This document shows positions 1 to 11,565 of a stretch of 64,000 nt of DNA, in pieces; positions within the stretch are counted from its first letter, which is position 1, and every line of letters begins with the position of its first letter. A model generated the notes under the pieces. That model saw nothing but the letters and a program-made list of their open reading frames with translations. It did not search any database and was not told the origin of the DNA. The stretch comes from Spirochaetales bacterium (GTDB lineage Bacteria > Spirochaetota > Spirochaetia > Sphaerochaetales > Sphaerochaetaceae), in the NCBI GenBank assembly GCA_017478205.1, contig JAFVDZ010000045.1, forward strand, positions 1,080 to 65,079, read 5' to 3'. The position numbers and the translations under genes were made by a program.

Positions 1-1152
1 GAAGCCTGAAATTACATTTGCTCCGATTGAGTAAAGGTAGGATGAGAGGCTTGAGATGAGTTCATCGATATAGTAGTAGTTCGATCTTGCTGTAGCCTTG
101 CGAGGAATGTAGAGACCATCCTGAACAGTTGTGATATTCAGTGTATTGTCAGTATCGAGAAGAAGTGACTTGATCGCCTCTGTGTGCTTCAAAGGAAGAA
201 TAATTTTGATGTCGTCCTTTGTTGCTCTATATGTCAGATCGAAGGAACCAAGATCAAGTGTGTTCTCAAAGTAGGTATCTGTTGCGGATGTTGTAACGAG
301 ATCTACTTGGGATGGAGTATTGAATCTACCGATATAGATGTCATAGCTCTTGATTGCATTCTTGAGAATCTCAAGGGCCGTGTTGTTTGAATACTTTGCA
401 GGATAGTAGAAGATAATCTTTCCAGGATAGATGGACTTCTTGAAGCTTGAAATTCTCATATCGTATTCAGCTGCGAATGTCAAAAAGTCGTTGATCTCCT
501 TCTCTGTCAAAGCGTAGCCGTGTCCAATGATTGCCTTTCCTTCTCCGATAGTGTAGTCGAAGATGAGAGCGGATGTAGCAATTGTACCGGTGAGTGCTCT
601 GGTTGAGGATGTGTTGAGAATTGGCTTCATCTCTTTGGTGAAAAGATCCAAAGTATGCATTCCTATAACTGTATAGGACTTGCCTCTGAGAGAATCCTTG
701 ACTGAGACGATTCTGTCAGAAAGGTTGGTAAATCTTGTTCTGTATTCTGTGTACTCAAGTGAGTATGTACCTGCGTTCATTCTGAAGGTTTCAGTAGGAG
801 TATAGAGGGTAAGTGTGCCTTTGCCAGTAACAGTCAAAGAGATAGTACCATTTACAAGGTAGAGAGATGGTCTGTTTTCATCATAGTTTTCTATGACCAG
901 GATAGAATCTGCATCAAGGGCAAAGGAACCAAAAGGAGAAGTGAACATTGCTGATTCATCCTTGGTCTTGATGACATATCCACTCTCTTCTATTTCAGTT
1001 TTTGAATCGATTCTTCTTCCAGAAGGATTGTATATTGATATGTTTGTATTCTCATCTTTAACCTTGATACCGCCCTCGGCAACAACTGGAAAAAGCATGA
1101 AGAAGAGCAGTAGAACTGCCAAAATGGAAACACGGTAATTCAAAATTCTCAT
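1..1152 (-). CDS. Secreted hypothetical protein, possible FecR-like N-terminal domain; 3' end runs off the window
   Basis: Manually translated open frame from ATG at 1152 (AAAGGA RBS) to base 1 with no stop, so it is absent from the ORF track. Signal peptide MRILNYRVSILAVLLLFFMLFPVVA, then a beta-rich region (SLYLVNGTISLTVTGKGTLTLYTPT). Confidence 0.7.
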   Translation of the reverse strand, partial: MRILNYRVSILAVLLLFFMLFPVVAEGGIKVKDENTNISIYNPSGRRIDSKTEIEESGYVIKTKDESAMFTSPFGSFALDADSILVIENYDENRPSLYLVNGTISLTVTGKGTLTLYTPTETFRMNAGTYSLEYTEYRTRFTNLSDRIVSVKDSLRGKSYTVIGMHTLDLFTKEMKPILNTSSTRALTGTIATSALIFDYTIGEGKAIIGHGYALTEKEINDFLTFAAEYDMRISSFKKSIYPGKIIFYYPAKYSNNTALEILKNAIKSYDIYIGRFNTPSQVDLVTTSATDTYFENTLDLGSFDLTYRATKDDIKIILPLKHTEAIKSLLLDTDNTLNITTVQDGLYIPRKATARSNYYYIDELISSLSSYLYSIGANVISGF

Positions 1153-1222
1153 ACTAAAATCCTTTTATGATGGTCAATCATAATCAGTTTAACATGTTTC
1201 ATTGGGTTTGAAAAATAGGTAA

Positions 1223-1975
1223 TTACCCTTTAAGGTTGAAACTATCGTATATATGTTCCCTTGATAGAGAGTTCAATCTGACAAGTTCTCTTACAATTGG
1301 TTTGACTTTTGCTCTTATATTGGTCTGGTCATATGGGCACACAGGCTTGATAACGGGTAAGTTATATTCATTTGCAAGCCTTCTGGTAACTGATTCATGT
1401 ACCTCTATCATTGGCCTAATCACCTTGATTTTCCCATCAAAGAATTCCTGGACAGGTTTCATGGGATAAAGACGAGAGTGAAAGCATTGGTTTATGATCG
1501 CAGTTTCGACAAAGTCATCAAGATGATGACCCATAGCAATCAATCGGGCACTGTTTCTTTCTGCATATTCAAAAAGGATTCTTCTTCTGTTTCTTGAGCA
1601 GATATAGCAGTTGTAATCCTCTTCCTTTTCTGAAGAAAACTGTCTTTCATCGAGAATTTCGAATTCGATATCGAGTGCTTTGAAGTACTCCTTCAAAGAC
1701 ACTCTATATTCATCTGGAATTGGATGCTCAATCCAGTTGATCATCAAGGCAGAAATTCCATAACGGTCCTTTATCCATCTTCGTCTAAGAGAAAGGGCTA
1801 GTGCCAAGGCAAGCGAATCCTTTCCACCAGAGACAGCAAGAAGTACATTCTCATCCTTCTTTATCATCTCATAGCGGTTAACTGCCTTGCCGGTCAGTTT
1901 TACAAATCGCAAGACCCAAGGTGGCAGCTTTCCATCTAGCAGCTCTCTAAAATCCTTTTTTGATTCAGAAGGCAT
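1223..1975 (-). CDS. ttcA: tRNA 2-thiocytidine biosynthesis protein TtcA (PP-loop ATPase)
   Basis: SGGKDS PP-loop, CYICSRNRR CxxC, GHHLDD, IRPM and CPY motifs. Start placed at MPSESK, overlapping the upstream stop. Confidence 0.85.
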   Translation of the reverse strand: MPSESKKDFRELLDGKLPPWVLRFVKLTGKAVNRYEMIKKDENVLLAVSGGKDSLALALALSLRRRWIKDRYGISALMINWIEHPIPDEYRVSLKEYFKALDIEFEILDERQFSSEKEEDYNCYICSRNRRRILFEYAERNSARLIAMGHHLDDFVETAIINQCFHSRLYPMKPVQEFFDGKIKVIRPMIEVHESVTRRLANEYNLPVIKPVCPYDQTNIRAKVKPIVRELVRLNSLSREHIYDSFNLKG

Positions 1976-3218
1976 TGCATACAACCTTTTCAATAGATTC
2001 CTTGGAAACGAAATCAGGAGTGAAGATGCTGACAACTCTGAGAGAGGATGCAAATTGCTTTCCGATATCCTTGCTAAAGAGGCTGGAAACTTCTGAAAAT
2101 GGTTTTGTAGTTCCATCTTCCATTATGATTTCAACATCTGCTTCGAAGGAAATTGGCTCAGGGATATCTATTATGACTTCATGGCGTTCAAGCTGTGGAT
2201 ATTGCTTCTTTACCATGAGATAGATTCTATCTTCGGCTTCGAATCGCTTCTCTATATCACCTGCTGCTCTTTCCAAGGCCCCATATTTTTCCCACTGCTT
2301 TGTGAATGAGGCCTTGAAAAGGCGCCCATTTGCTACATCTCTTATGAGACCGAATGGAGGATAGTCCTTGTTTTCAAGTCCCTGGAACTGGAAATCATCG
2401 AGCATTATCAACTCTTCTTTCTTCAGAACTCCTTCCCTCAAGGCAGAAAGGAGGGCCTTCTTGATCATGGCTGTGGCACTCCTTGTACCCTTGTGCCAAT
2501 ATACATTCTTGTACATCAGATACTTTGAAAAGAGTATGTTCTCAAGTGATTGATAGTTTGAGTAGGGAAGTGCAAGTCTATCATTGTAAAGCACTACAGA
2601 GGACAGTATGTGATCATTGTCCTGAATTCCATATGGAACTCCTGCAAAGAAAGCATCTCGATTCAGATAATCGAGCTTGTCAGGGTCCAGTGCCCCTGAA
2701 AGGAAGTTTCTATAGATTTCAGTTTCTCTGTCTGCCTCTCTTGTCTTATCAATTATTGCTGCAACCATATTGATATCGGCACCAGAGAGCAAAATTGCTT
2801 CACTTAGCTCTTTGTCAGTGAGTATCTGTTCTGCAGCAATCTCTTCATGCTCTCTTATCTTTATCTCCTTAAGTGAGTGTGCATAGGGGAAGTGTCCAAT
2901 ATCATGAAGAAGACAGGCTGCAAGGAAGCTTCTCTCTCCCTTGACGGTGAATGGGCACTGCTGTCTTGTAAGAAGGTTAAGAAGTAGTTCACGACCGATG
3001 CGATAAACTCCAAGAGAGTGAGAAAAACGCGTATGGACTGCCCCCGGATAGACATGGCAGGTAGGTCCATTCTGTCTGATCCTATCAAGCTTCTGCATCT
3101 GTCTTGTCATCACAATTCCCTTCAGCTTGTCATCTAAAGGAATGTTCTTCCAGATCGGATCTCTGAAGGCATGTGTAAAATCTTCAGTTAGTGCATTCAT
3201 CAAACTCGAATTGTTCAT
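1965..3218 (-). CDS. HD-domain phosphohydrolase (YwfO/SAMHD1-like dNTPase family)
   Basis: RIRQNG, HTRFSHSLGV, LLHDIGHFPYAH and DPDKLDYLNRD motifs. Confidence 0.85.
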   Translation of the reverse strand: MNNSSLMNALTEDFTHAFRDPIWKNIPLDDKLKGIVMTRQMQKLDRIRQNGPTCHVYPGAVHTRFSHSLGVYRIGRELLLNLLTRQQCPFTVKGERSFLAACLLHDIGHFPYAHSLKEIKIREHEEIAAEQILTDKELSEAILLSGADINMVAAIIDKTREADRETEIYRNFLSGALDPDKLDYLNRDAFFAGVPYGIQDNDHILSSVVLYNDRLALPYSNYQSLENILFSKYLMYKNVYWHKGTRSATAMIKKALLSALREGVLKKEELIMLDDFQFQGLENKDYPPFGLIRDVANGRLFKASFTKQWEKYGALERAAGDIEKRFEAEDRIYLMVKKQYPQLERHEVIIDIPEPISFEADVEIIMEDGTTKPFSEVSSLFSKDIGKQFASSLRVVSIFTPDFVSKESIEKVVCNAF

Positions 3219-3281
3219 TTCTATCCCCCTAGGAAAAATTTACCAGTCGCGACGATTGTAGAAAAGTAGTATTATCACCGT

Positions 3282-3656
3282 ATGAAGAAAACAGTGGCAA
3301 TTTTACTTCTCATCCTCTGTTTAGGTACGCTTGGCGCTCAAGCCAAATTTGGCATCGACAAGAATATCGGTTCTCTTTCTGATCCCGTGCAGGGTAGTGT
3401 GGAAGAGAAACTTTCCTCAGCCTTCCTGAAAGCGTATGATCTTGCCTGGGTCGAAGGCTATGTAGCGGCTAAGGATCAGCATGTCTTTTCCATGCAGTAC
3501 TCAAAGAGTCTGAGCTCCCTTCTTCCCTTTGATGGCTTTATCTACTCAAAAAAGGGAGAAGAGTGCTTTATGCTGAAATGCCGCGAAAAGAGGACCATCG
3601 TCACAGTGTTTCACTCTTCTGGTCTCATTACCTCTCTTGGTATCTCTAGTTATTGA
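3282..3656 (+). CDS. Small secreted hypothetical protein
   Basis: 124-aa ORF with signal peptide MKKTVAILLLILCLGTLGA. Confidence 0.65.
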   Translation: MKKTVAILLLILCLGTLGAQAKFGIDKNIGSLSDPVQGSVEEKLSSAFLKAYDLAWVEGYVAAKDQHVFSMQYSKSLSSLLPFDGFIYSKKGEECFMLKCREKRTIVTVFHSSGLITSLGISSY

Positions 3657-5418
3657 TCAGACGCTCGAACTCATCAAGCAATCCTTCAAAATACTTTATT
3701 GCAGCTCTGACAGGTTCAGGTGAGGACATGTCTACACCTGCCTTCTTCAGTGATTCAATTGGATAGCTTGAGCCACCGCTCTTCAGGAATGAAAGATAAT
3801 CATCCCTTTCCTTCTCTCCGCCCTCAGTAACTCTATTTGCGAGTGCAATAGCTGCACTGATGCCTGTAGAATACTTATAGACATAGAATGCGTTATAGAA
3901 GTGTGGAATTCTCAAGCCTTCAAGGTCACTTGTCTCTTCGAAGATCATTTCTGGGCCGAAATACTCTTCAAGTAATTTCCTGTAACTCTTTCTGAAATAA
4001 TCGAAAGTGAGAGCTTCACCTCTCTCTCCTGCTTCGTGGCAAAGCAGTTCGAACTCGGCAAACATTGTCTGTCTGAAGAGTGTTGCTACGATATCAGAAA
4101 GCTGGTTTGAGATGAGGTATGCCTTGAGCCTGTCATCCTTGCTTGTGGTTATCAAATATCTTGCCAATAGCTGCTCGTTGAAGGTAGATGCAACCTCAGC
4201 TTCGAAGATCGAGTAGTCATAATGCATGAAAGGGTTGTTTCTCGTGCTGAAGTAGCTATGCATAGAGTGACCGCCTTCATGGATCAGAGTGAAGACTGAA
4301 TTGAGAACTTCATCCTTGTAGCTCATGAGGATATAAGGGTTTCCTGTATAGCAGCCTGCAGAGAATGCGCCTGAGCGCTTTCCTTCATTTTCGTACCTAT
4401 CTACCCATCTGTCTGTAGTGAGGCCCCTTACTATTATCTCCTGATACTCCTTTCCAAGTGGTTCAACTGCATTCTTGATAAGCTCTACAGCCTCTTCATA
4501 GGAGTAGTTAGACTTTATTCCACTCACTAAAGGAACATAGACATCATAGTGGTTCAGCTTAGTCTTACCAAGAACCTTCGCCATCAACTTGTAGTAGCGA
4601 TGGAGAATAGGGAATCCTTCGTGAACACTTTCAATGAGATTCCTGTATACTTCCTCTGGCACATTGTCAGGGTAAAGGGCTGCATCGAGTGATGATTTGT
4701 AACCTCTTGCTCTCGAGATGAAGATATCTCTCTGGACTGAACCTGCATAGAGACGAGCAATTACATGTTGATTCTTCTCGTACTCCCTGTAGTACTTTGT
4801 AAAAGCTTCCTTTCTTATATTCTCATCTTCACTCCTGATAAAGGTGGAGTAGGATGCGTGAGTGAGCTTTTCTCCATTCACAGTGCCAAATTCAAGGTCT
4901 ACGTTGTTGAGATCCTGGAACGCATTGTGTGCTGTCTGTCCTGATTCTATCGAAAGAGCAAGTAGTCTCTCTTCCTTCTTTGAAAGAGTGTAGGGTGAGA
5001 AACGAAGAATCTTCTCAAGGAAGATCTTGAATTCCTTGAACCTATCTTCCTTGAGTTTGCTATCAAGAATACTTCGGTCGATTTCAAGAAGCTCTGGCTC
5101 GAACCAGCTAAGATTCTGACTAAGACTTGCTCCAAGAGTGTCTGATAAACCAGCTCTCTTCTGATTCTCAGCATCTGATGCATCTGCTGAGTAGTTGAGA
5201 AATGCCCAATTTGCTACACACTCATATTCGATTTCGTCATCTCTCAGCTCGGAGAGGAAGTTATAGAGGTTATCACCCTCATTGAGCTTTCCTTGATAGG
5301 ATGAAAGCTTTTCAATCCTCTCTTTGAGACTCTTGTATCGCTCTTCCCACTCTGAGTTATTTTTTACGAGTGCAGAAAGATCCCAAGTATTCTCTATCTT
5401 CTGTTCACTTCTTTTCAC
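3646..5418 (-). CDS. pepF: Oligoendopeptidase F (M3B)
   Basis: TWDL N-terminus, HEGGHSMH zinc motif, EVAST and IPHFYNAFYVYKY. Confidence 0.95.
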   Translation of the reverse strand: MKRSEQKIENTWDLSALVKNNSEWEERYKSLKERIEKLSSYQGKLNEGDNLYNFLSELRDDEIEYECVANWAFLNYSADASDAENQKRAGLSDTLGASLSQNLSWFEPELLEIDRSILDSKLKEDRFKEFKIFLEKILRFSPYTLSKKEERLLALSIESGQTAHNAFQDLNNVDLEFGTVNGEKLTHASYSTFIRSEDENIRKEAFTKYYREYEKNQHVIARLYAGSVQRDIFISRARGYKSSLDAALYPDNVPEEVYRNLIESVHEGFPILHRYYKLMAKVLGKTKLNHYDVYVPLVSGIKSNYSYEEAVELIKNAVEPLGKEYQEIIVRGLTTDRWVDRYENEGKRSGAFSAGCYTGNPYILMSYKDEVLNSVFTLIHEGGHSMHSYFSTRNNPFMHYDYSIFEAEVASTFNEQLLARYLITTSKDDRLKAYLISNQLSDIVATLFRQTMFAEFELLCHEAGERGEALTFDYFRKSYRKLLEEYFGPEMIFEETSDLEGLRIPHFYNAFYVYKYSTGISAAIALANRVTEGGEKERDDYLSFLKSGGSSYPIESLKKAGVDMSSPEPVRAAIKYFEGLLDEFERLINN

Positions 5419-6004
5419 TTGTTACCTCCTCAAGGAGCATTTTTATCTTTCTTGCAGCTCTTCCTCTGTGGCTGTGCTCATCCTTTTGATCTGCACTGAG
5501 CTCTGCTGCAGTCTTTCCTGTGTCTTCGACAAGGAAAACAGGGTCATAGCCAAAGCCTTCGATTCCACGAGGGGAAGGTGCTATTTCACCTTCTACACAC
5601 TCTTCTATGATGTATATCCTGTCATGTGAAAGCATGAGGACAAGGGCGCATACAAAGCGTGCCTTTCTGTTGGCCTTTCCTTCAAGCTCTTTTAAAAGTA
5701 GTGTGTACTGTTCTGCACTTGTCAGTTTTACACCATCACTGCAGCCATATCGAGCTGTGTGTATCCCAGGTGCGCCATCAAGACCATCGCAGACAAGGCC
5801 TGAGTCATCTGCAACGACTGGTTTCTTGACTATCTCATAAAGGCTTCTCGCCTTGATGAGTGCATTTTCAATAAATGTTGAACCATCTTCGATAGGGTCG
5901 AAGGAAATACCTTCTTCCTTTGGAAGAGTGAGCTCGAAACCTCCTAAAAGCCTCGCCATCTCTTCCTTTTTATGAGCATTGCCACTGGCAAAATAGAGCT
6001 TCAT
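5405..6004 (-). CDS. rdgB: Non-canonical purine NTP pyrophosphatase (RdgB/HAM1)
   Basis: ASGNAHKKEE, ENALIKA, ADDSGL, GFGYDPVF and SHRGRA motifs. Confidence 0.95.
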   Translation of the reverse strand: MKLYFASGNAHKKEEMARLLGGFELTLPKEEGISFDPIEDGSTFIENALIKARSLYEIVKKPVVADDSGLVCDGLDGAPGIHTARYGCSDGVKLTSAEQYTLLLKELEGKANRKARFVCALVLMLSHDRIYIIEECVEGEIAPSPRGIEGFGYDPVFLVEDTGKTAAELSADQKDEHSHRGRAARKIKMLLEEVTSEKK

Positions 6005-6035
6005 CGAAATCTCCTTAAATAGAATGTAACAATTA

Positions 6036-7052
6036 TCACTCAGCCTTTTCAATATTCTCAAAGATTTTGCGCTGTCCCTTTATCGTGTACGCAATCTTGG
6101 AAAGTGAGAATCCTGTTTCCCTTGCAATCTCACGGTAGCTGAGGCCTGTCCTGTGACGAGAGTACTTGATTCTCAGTTTTTCAAGTCTTTCTTTGCAGCG
6201 CTTCTTTTGAAACTCCAGCTCTCTTTTCTTTTCAGGACTATTTTCTTTATCAAGTGATTTCTCCAATCTTACAAATTGCGCCCATATCTTTCCTGTTGTT
6301 TGTCTTCTTTCATCTAATTGTTTTAGATAGCAGTTCCTTCCATGATTATGAATCCAACGGGAAATCTCGGCAAAATATACTGCATCGCAATCGAAGACAT
6401 CTGCAAGATGTATCTGAGTCTGTGGATCAATTGAATCGATCATAGTGAGAAGGTATAACAAGAAGTTCGTTCTGTTTCTCTTTGTTGTCAATTGTCTATG
6501 AAGCAGTTCTTTCTTCTCTGGGCTATATTCTATTTTGTAGTTGTGCGGGAGAGAGGATATCTTGTCTAGAAGTCTTGAAAGAGTTGGTTCTTTGCCAAGT
6601 TTCACCATATCTATCTGTTGATTTCTAGTTTCATATGCAGAGACTGGTATTTTATCGACACTGTAGCACCTTTCTTTCTCGCTTATCTCTTCGTTCGTTG
6701 TAATGAAGTTTGTAATTTTTTCTATCTTGCGCTTTCTATGCTGGAAAGATTTGACTTTGAACTTGATTCTCTGCATAAGGAAACTAAGGTAGGTGATTGC
6801 TCCAAGTACAATTCGATATTCCATGATGGTACTTTCTATCAAGGGTTTGAAGTATAGATAGAATTCAGCGCAGTCCTCTCGAGGAAGGAAAAATTCATTA
6901 TACGGAATTGTGTAGGCAATTATCTCGCTCTTCTTTTTGATACATTCAAATAACTTCCTGTCATCCTCTCCTTTCTTAAGCTTTTCGTGATACTCATTGG
7001 CCATAGAATTCAGTGCAATGACTTCTCGGTCAGAGATACTTTGTTTTCTCAT
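6036..7052 (-). CDS. Hypothetical sigma-factor-like protein with C-terminal HTH
   Basis: C-terminal LSYREIARETGFSLSKIAYTIK HTH resembling sigma region 4; N-terminal helical part loosely like region 2. Confidence 0.5.
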   Translation of the reverse strand: MRKQSISDREVIALNSMANEYHEKLKKGEDDRKLFECIKKKSEIIAYTIPYNEFFLPREDCAEFYLYFKPLIESTIMEYRIVLGAITYLSFLMQRIKFKVKSFQHRKRKIEKITNFITTNEEISEKERCYSVDKIPVSAYETRNQQIDMVKLGKEPTLSRLLDKISSLPHNYKIEYSPEKKELLHRQLTTKRNRTNFLLYLLTMIDSIDPQTQIHLADVFDCDAVYFAEISRWIHNHGRNCYLKQLDERRQTTGKIWAQFVRLEKSLDKENSPEKKRELEFQKKRCKERLEKLRIKYSRHRTGLSYREIARETGFSLSKIAYTIKGQRKIFENIEKAE

Positions 7053-7144
7053 AAGTTTTCTCCCTTGTATTTAGTTTTGCAATTGAAATTTTCATTAAAG
7101 GGAGGAGTTTTAGTCAAAGCTTAATTTTTTAACCTATAAGGAAA

Positions 7145-7170
7145 AAGCCCGAGAAAGAGCATCTCGGGCC
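7145..7170 (-). terminator. Intrinsic terminator of the tig-clpP-clpX-nrnA operon
   Basis: GCCCGAGA/TCTCGGGC stem followed by a T-run on the minus strand. Confidence 0.7.
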
Positions 7171-7200
7171 ATTTACTGAATATGAATTTATTTTATGTTC

Positions 7201-8193
7201 TCAAGAGAGTAATATAGAGGCCTTGGCAAGGACTGTTCTTATCACATCATCAAGACTTCCCTTGACTGTTGCCCCTGCTGCATACCTGTGTCCACCACCA
7301 CCAAGACTCTGGGCAAACTGACCAATATCGATGCCTGAAAGGTTCTTGCTTCTCATGCCACAGACAACCTCATCTTCCTTTTCCTTGAAGAAGAAAACAA
7401 CTTTAACATCCTTGACACACAGAAGCTGAGAGTAGAGGAGATCTGAAGCATTTGAGCCTAATTCATCACCCTTGTTTGAGTATGAGTAGAGTATCTTGCC
7501 ATCATACTCGCTCTTGGTCCTTTCCATTATCCTGGCAGCTGCTTTATAGAAATCTAAAGACTCTCCATCGTGAAGGCGGTCATACATGATGTATGGTGAA
7601 ACACCAGCATCGACATACTCTGAAACCATGCGAAGTGTTTCGCCTCCTATCTTTTCGTTTATGAAATGGAAGAAGCCTGTGTCTGTTGCAAATCCAATAT
7701 ATAGATATTCTGCAAGTTCCTTAGAAAGAGGGATATTCAGACTCTTTCGAAGGTTTTCAATAACTAGGGTAGTGGAGACTGATTCAGGAACAATGTATTG
7801 AAGCTCTTTGTCTGTGAAACTTTCACCTGTACTGTGATGGTCAAATACAATCTTGGTAAGGCCATCGAAGGCTGAAAATATCTGTCCAGGACGATCCTTT
7901 GTGGAGCAATCGACAACTATGATCAGAGGGTTTTTCTTGAGAAATTCAGAAGGAACTTCCTTTAGAAAGAGTGGTTCATATTTCTGAATTTCCTTCTTAT
8001 TGAAAGGACCCATATTGAAGATGAAAACCTCTTTGCCAAGGTATTCAAGCATATATTTCATGGCAAGTGTCGAGCTGATACAGTCTCCATCTGGATTCTC
8101 GTGCCCGATAACTCCTACACAAGACGAAGAGAGGATTGTCGAAACAATCCTCTTATTGATTACAGGATAAATAGATGTCCTATTATTTGTCAC
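7201..8193 (-). CDS. nrnA: DHH/DHHA1 phosphoesterase (nanoRNase/pAp phosphatase)
   Basis: [20 protein letters not shown] and [10 protein letters not shown] motifs. Confidence 0.9.
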   Translation of the reverse strand: MTNNRTSIYPVINKRIVSTILSSSCVGVIGHENPDGDCISSTLAMKYMLEYLGKEVFIFNMGPFNKKEIQKYEPLFLKEVPSEFLKKNPLIIVVDCSTKDRPGQIFSAFDGLTKIVFDHHSTGESFTDKELQYIVPESVSTTLVIENLRKSLNIPLSKELAEYLYIGFATDTGFFHFINEKIGGETLRMVSEYVDAGVSPYIMYDRLHDGESLDFYKAAARIMERTKSEYDGKILYSYSNKGDELGSNASDLLYSQLLCVKDVKVVFFFKEKEDEVVCGMRSKNLSGIDIGQFAQSLGGGGHRYAAGATVKGSLDDVIRTVLAKASILLS

Positions 8194-9436
8194 TGCTTAT
8201 CATCTCCACTTTGGCATTCAGCCTAGTCTCAGGTCTAGTTCCAAGTCGGACATTCTCTCCTGTGACATAGACTTCACTTACCTCCTTGTGGGAAGGAATA
8301 TCATAGCTTACATCAAGCATGAGAGATTCAACTATGGACCTTATACCTCTTGCTCCTGTTTTTTGGTCAATTGCCTTCTGTGCGATTGCATCAATACAAT
8401 CATCAGTGAAGGTCAGTTTGACATTATCAAGTGCAAGAGCTGTGATATATTGCTTGAGAATGGAATTCTTTGGCTCCGTAATGATTCTCTTGAGGTCGTC
8501 CTTTGTGAGGTTGTTCAAGGATACATGGATTGGAAGTCTACCAATGAACTCAGGGATGAGACCGAACTTGACAAGGTCATCTGGATGGAGCTCATTGAAA
8601 AGCTCCTCGAAGTTCTTGTCTTCTGAGCTGGTAATATCTGCTCCGAAGCCCATTGAGTGGTTCGCAACTCTCTTCTCGATTATCTTATCTAGTCCAACAA
8701 AGGCACCACCACAGATGAAGAGGATGTTCCTTGTGTTGATCTTGAGCATCTCCTGGTTAGGATGCTTTCTTCCACCCTGAGGTGGAACAGATGCATCTGT
8801 TCCTTCAATTATCTTCAAGAGAGCCTGCTGTACACCTTCACCAGAAACATCTCTAGTGATGGAGACATTCTCTCCCTTCTTGCTGATCTTATCGATTTCA
8901 TCGATGAAGATGATTCCTCTTTCAGCCTTTGCAATATTGTCATCTGCAGCCTGAATCAATTTGAGGAGTATATTCTCAACATCTTCACCGACATAGCCTG
9001 CTTCAGTAAGGGTAGTTGCATCTGCAATTGCAAATGGCACATTGAGCTTCTTTGCAAGTGTTCTTGCAAGGAGTGTCTTACCTGTACCAGTTGGACCGAT
9101 GAGGAGGATGTTGGATTTATCAAGTTCTACACCGGACTCAGCAATCTTATCCTGATACTTGATCCTCTTGTAGTGGTTGTATACTGCGACTGAGAGAACC
9201 TTCTTTGCATTGTCCTGTCCAATTACATATTCATCAAGGTATGCCTTGATTTCTTCCGGAGTAGGGATTTCCTTGATTTCCTCAGCTTCTGAATTCAGGA
9301 TGGTGTCACTTTTGAGGATATCGCGGCAGGTCTGAACACACTCATCACAGATCGCAACACCTGGTCCATGGATAAGCTTTCTGACTTCACTTGCGTCCTT
9401 TCCACAGAAGGAACAGGTTCTAGATGTTCTTGCCAT
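8183..9436 (-). CDS. clpX: ATP-dependent Clp protease ATPase subunit ClpX
   Basis: CSFCGK zinc finger, [27 protein letters not shown]. Confidence 0.98.
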   Translation of the reverse strand: MARTSRTCSFCGKDASEVRKLIHGPGVAICDECVQTCRDILKSDTILNSEAEEIKEIPTPEEIKAYLDEYVIGQDNAKKVLSVAVYNHYKRIKYQDKIAESGVELDKSNILLIGPTGTGKTLLARTLAKKLNVPFAIADATTLTEAGYVGEDVENILLKLIQAADDNIAKAERGIIFIDEIDKISKKGENVSITRDVSGEGVQQALLKIIEGTDASVPPQGGRKHPNQEMLKINTRNILFICGGAFVGLDKIIEKRVANHSMGFGADITSSEDKNFEELFNELHPDDLVKFGLIPEFIGRLPIHVSLNNLTKDDLKRIITEPKNSILKQYITALALDNVKLTFTDDCIDAIAQKAIDQKTGARGIRSIVESLMLDVSYDIPSHKEVSEVYVTGENVRLGTRPETRLNAKVEMISSDK

Positions 9437-10039
9437 TTATTTCCTCATTACCTTATCAACTATACCATAGCTTACAGCCTGGTCTGCATCCAGATAGTAG
9501 TCCCTCTGGATGTCTCTTGCGATTTCTTCTTCGCTCTTGCCTGTGTGTCTTGAGAGAATCTCAACTGAAATCTTCTTTATTCTCTGAAGCTCCCTAGAAG
9601 TGACCAGGATGTCACTTGCCTGACCTTCAGCGCCACCAGATGGCTGGTGGATCATGACTCTTGCATATGGGAGAATGATTCTCTTGCCATTAGCACCGGC
9701 AGCAAGTATGAGTGAGGCCATAGAGCAGGCCTGACCCATACAGATAGTTCTCACCTCCGGCTTGATGTATTGCATTGTGTCGTAGATTGCAAGACCTGCA
9801 GTTACACTTCCACCGGGGGAGTTGATATAGAGATTGATATCCTTCTTTGGGTCTTCAGACTCCAAGAAGAGTAGCTGGGCAACTACTAGATCTGCCATGT
9901 CATCCCTGATTTCTCCATCGAGGAATATGATCCTCTCCTTGAGTAGTCGGGAGAAGATGTCATACTGTCTTTCTCCATTTCCAGACTGCTCAACAACATA
10001 GGGAACCAGATTATGCATTCTGATGCGTTCGTTTTCCAA
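9437..10039 (-). CDS. clpP: ATP-dependent Clp protease proteolytic subunit
   Basis: [29 protein letters not shown] and MIHQP motifs. Confidence 0.98.
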   Translation of the reverse strand: MENERIRMHNLVPYVVEQSGNGERQYDIFSRLLKERIIFLDGEIRDDMADLVVAQLLFLESEDPKKDINLYINSPGGSVTAGLAIYDTMQYIKPEVRTICMGQACSMASLILAAGANGKRIILPYARVMIHQPSGGAEGQASDILVTSRELQRIKKISVEILSRHTGKSEEEIARDIQRDYYLDADQAVSYGIVDKVMRK

Positions 10040-10065
10040 TTTATCTATCTCCTGATTGTTTTTTC

Positions 10066-11412
10066 TTAGTTGGCCTTTGGAGCCTTGTATTCTGAGTAGC
10101 TTACTGTTGAAGTAGCCTTGAAGACGTTCTTCTCGAGAAGGAATGGAACAACCTGCTTGTATTCAAGGTCGTCCTTGATTGCCTGTTCGAGATACTTCTT
10201 TGTGTTCTCATCAGTATCTTCCTTGGTGTTCTCAGCAAGCTGCTTCTTTACTTCTTCCTCGTCAACTGGGAACTTTTCGGTCTTCTGGATCTTCTCCATT
10301 ATGAGCTGGTTCTTGAGGTTCTTCTTTGCTGGCTCAGCCCATTCAGCTGTGATAGCTTCCTTGCTCTGTCCGGACATCTCGAAGTACTTCATGAGCTGCT
10401 CTTCAGGAATACCAGTCTGTCTGACATAGTTATACCATGTGTTCTCGGTCTCGTAGTCGACCATGGACTGAGGAATTGCAACTGTAGTAGAAGCAGAAAT
10501 CTTATCAAGAAGAGCATTGAGCTTTACATTCTTGAGGCTCTCTTCAAGCTCTTTTGTGAGTCTTTCTGAGATTCCCTTTCTCATGTCAGCAACAGTCTTG
10601 TACTCTTCCTTTACATCCTGAGCAAATTCATCGTCAATCTCTGGGAGCTCTCTCTTCTTGACTTCAGTTACCTTTACATCAAGGGTGATGGTCTTTCCAG
10701 CGTAGTCTGCATTTGCATAGTCAGCTGCATATGTCTTCTCGAACTTCTTCTCATCTCCCTTCTTCATGCCAACGATCTCGTCGTCGAACTCATAGAAGTT
10801 GTAGGAAGAACCGATAGTGAAGGTGAAGTCCTTTCTGGATGTTGATGCAACCTCTGCACCATCCTTGTCGAGCTCTACATAGTCACAGGTAACGATATCA
10901 CCCTTTTCGATAGCACCGTCCTTGGCAATGACCATTGCATTCTGCTCCTGGAGCTTCTTTACCTCTGCATCGATATCAGCATCGGTAACCTTTGCATCCT
11001 GGAATTCAACTTCAAGACCTGTGTACTGGCCAAGTTCGAACTTTGGAGTTACATCATAGTGAACTGTGAATGTGACAGCCTCATTCTTCTTGAATGGGAT
11101 GAGTTTTTCCTCTTCCTGAAGAACAGGAGTGCAGTATGGAAGTGGCTTCTGGTCAGCTTCGAGTGTCTCGATTACTCCCTTGAGCTCCTTTTCCATTGTG
11201 TCGAAGGAGGTTTCCTCTCTGATAGCATCTCCAAACTTCTTCTCGATCATTGAAGATGGGGCCTTGCCCTTTCTGAATCCAGGAAGCTGGATCTCCTTTG
11301 TGTACTTGCTGAGCTTCTCGTTATAAGCCTTCTCAAGTGTCTCTGCATCGACTGTGATTGTCAGTGCCATCTGGGAGTTTTCAAGCTCAGTTAATTTCTT
11401 GTCAGCAACCAT
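10066..11412 (-). CDS. tig: Trigger factor
   Basis: [10 protein letters not shown] ribosome-binding signature, FKBP-like middle domain, tig-clpP-clpX synteny. Confidence 0.95.
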   Translation of the reverse strand: MVADKKLTELENSQMALTITVDAETLEKAYNEKLSKYTKEIQLPGFRKGKAPSSMIEKKFGDAIREETSFDTMEKELKGVIETLEADQKPLPYCTPVLQEEEKLIPFKKNEAVTFTVHYDVTPKFELGQYTGLEVEFQDAKVTDADIDAEVKKLQEQNAMVIAKDGAIEKGDIVTCDYVELDKDGAEVASTSRKDFTFTIGSSYNFYEFDDEIVGMKKGDEKKFEKTYAADYANADYAGKTITLDVKVTEVKKRELPEIDDEFAQDVKEEYKTVADMRKGISERLTKELEESLKNVKLNALLDKISASTTVAIPQSMVDYETENTWYNYVRQTGIPEEQLMKYFEMSGQSKEAITAEWAEPAKKNLKNQLIMEKIQKTEKFPVDEEEVKKQLAENTKEDTDENTKKYLEQAIKDDLEYKQVVPFLLEKNVFKATSTVSYSEYKAPKAN

Positions 11413-11565
11413 AATATTGCCCTTCCTTATTATATTTGTCTGTTTTTTACTAGACGGTTTTGAATGTGCAGACATACTGCAACTCACTGAGTATAACAAT
11501 AAGCTGAGTGTTTGTCACGTACGTGAAATATAGTGATATTTAAAACTAAAGGAAAGAGATAAAAT

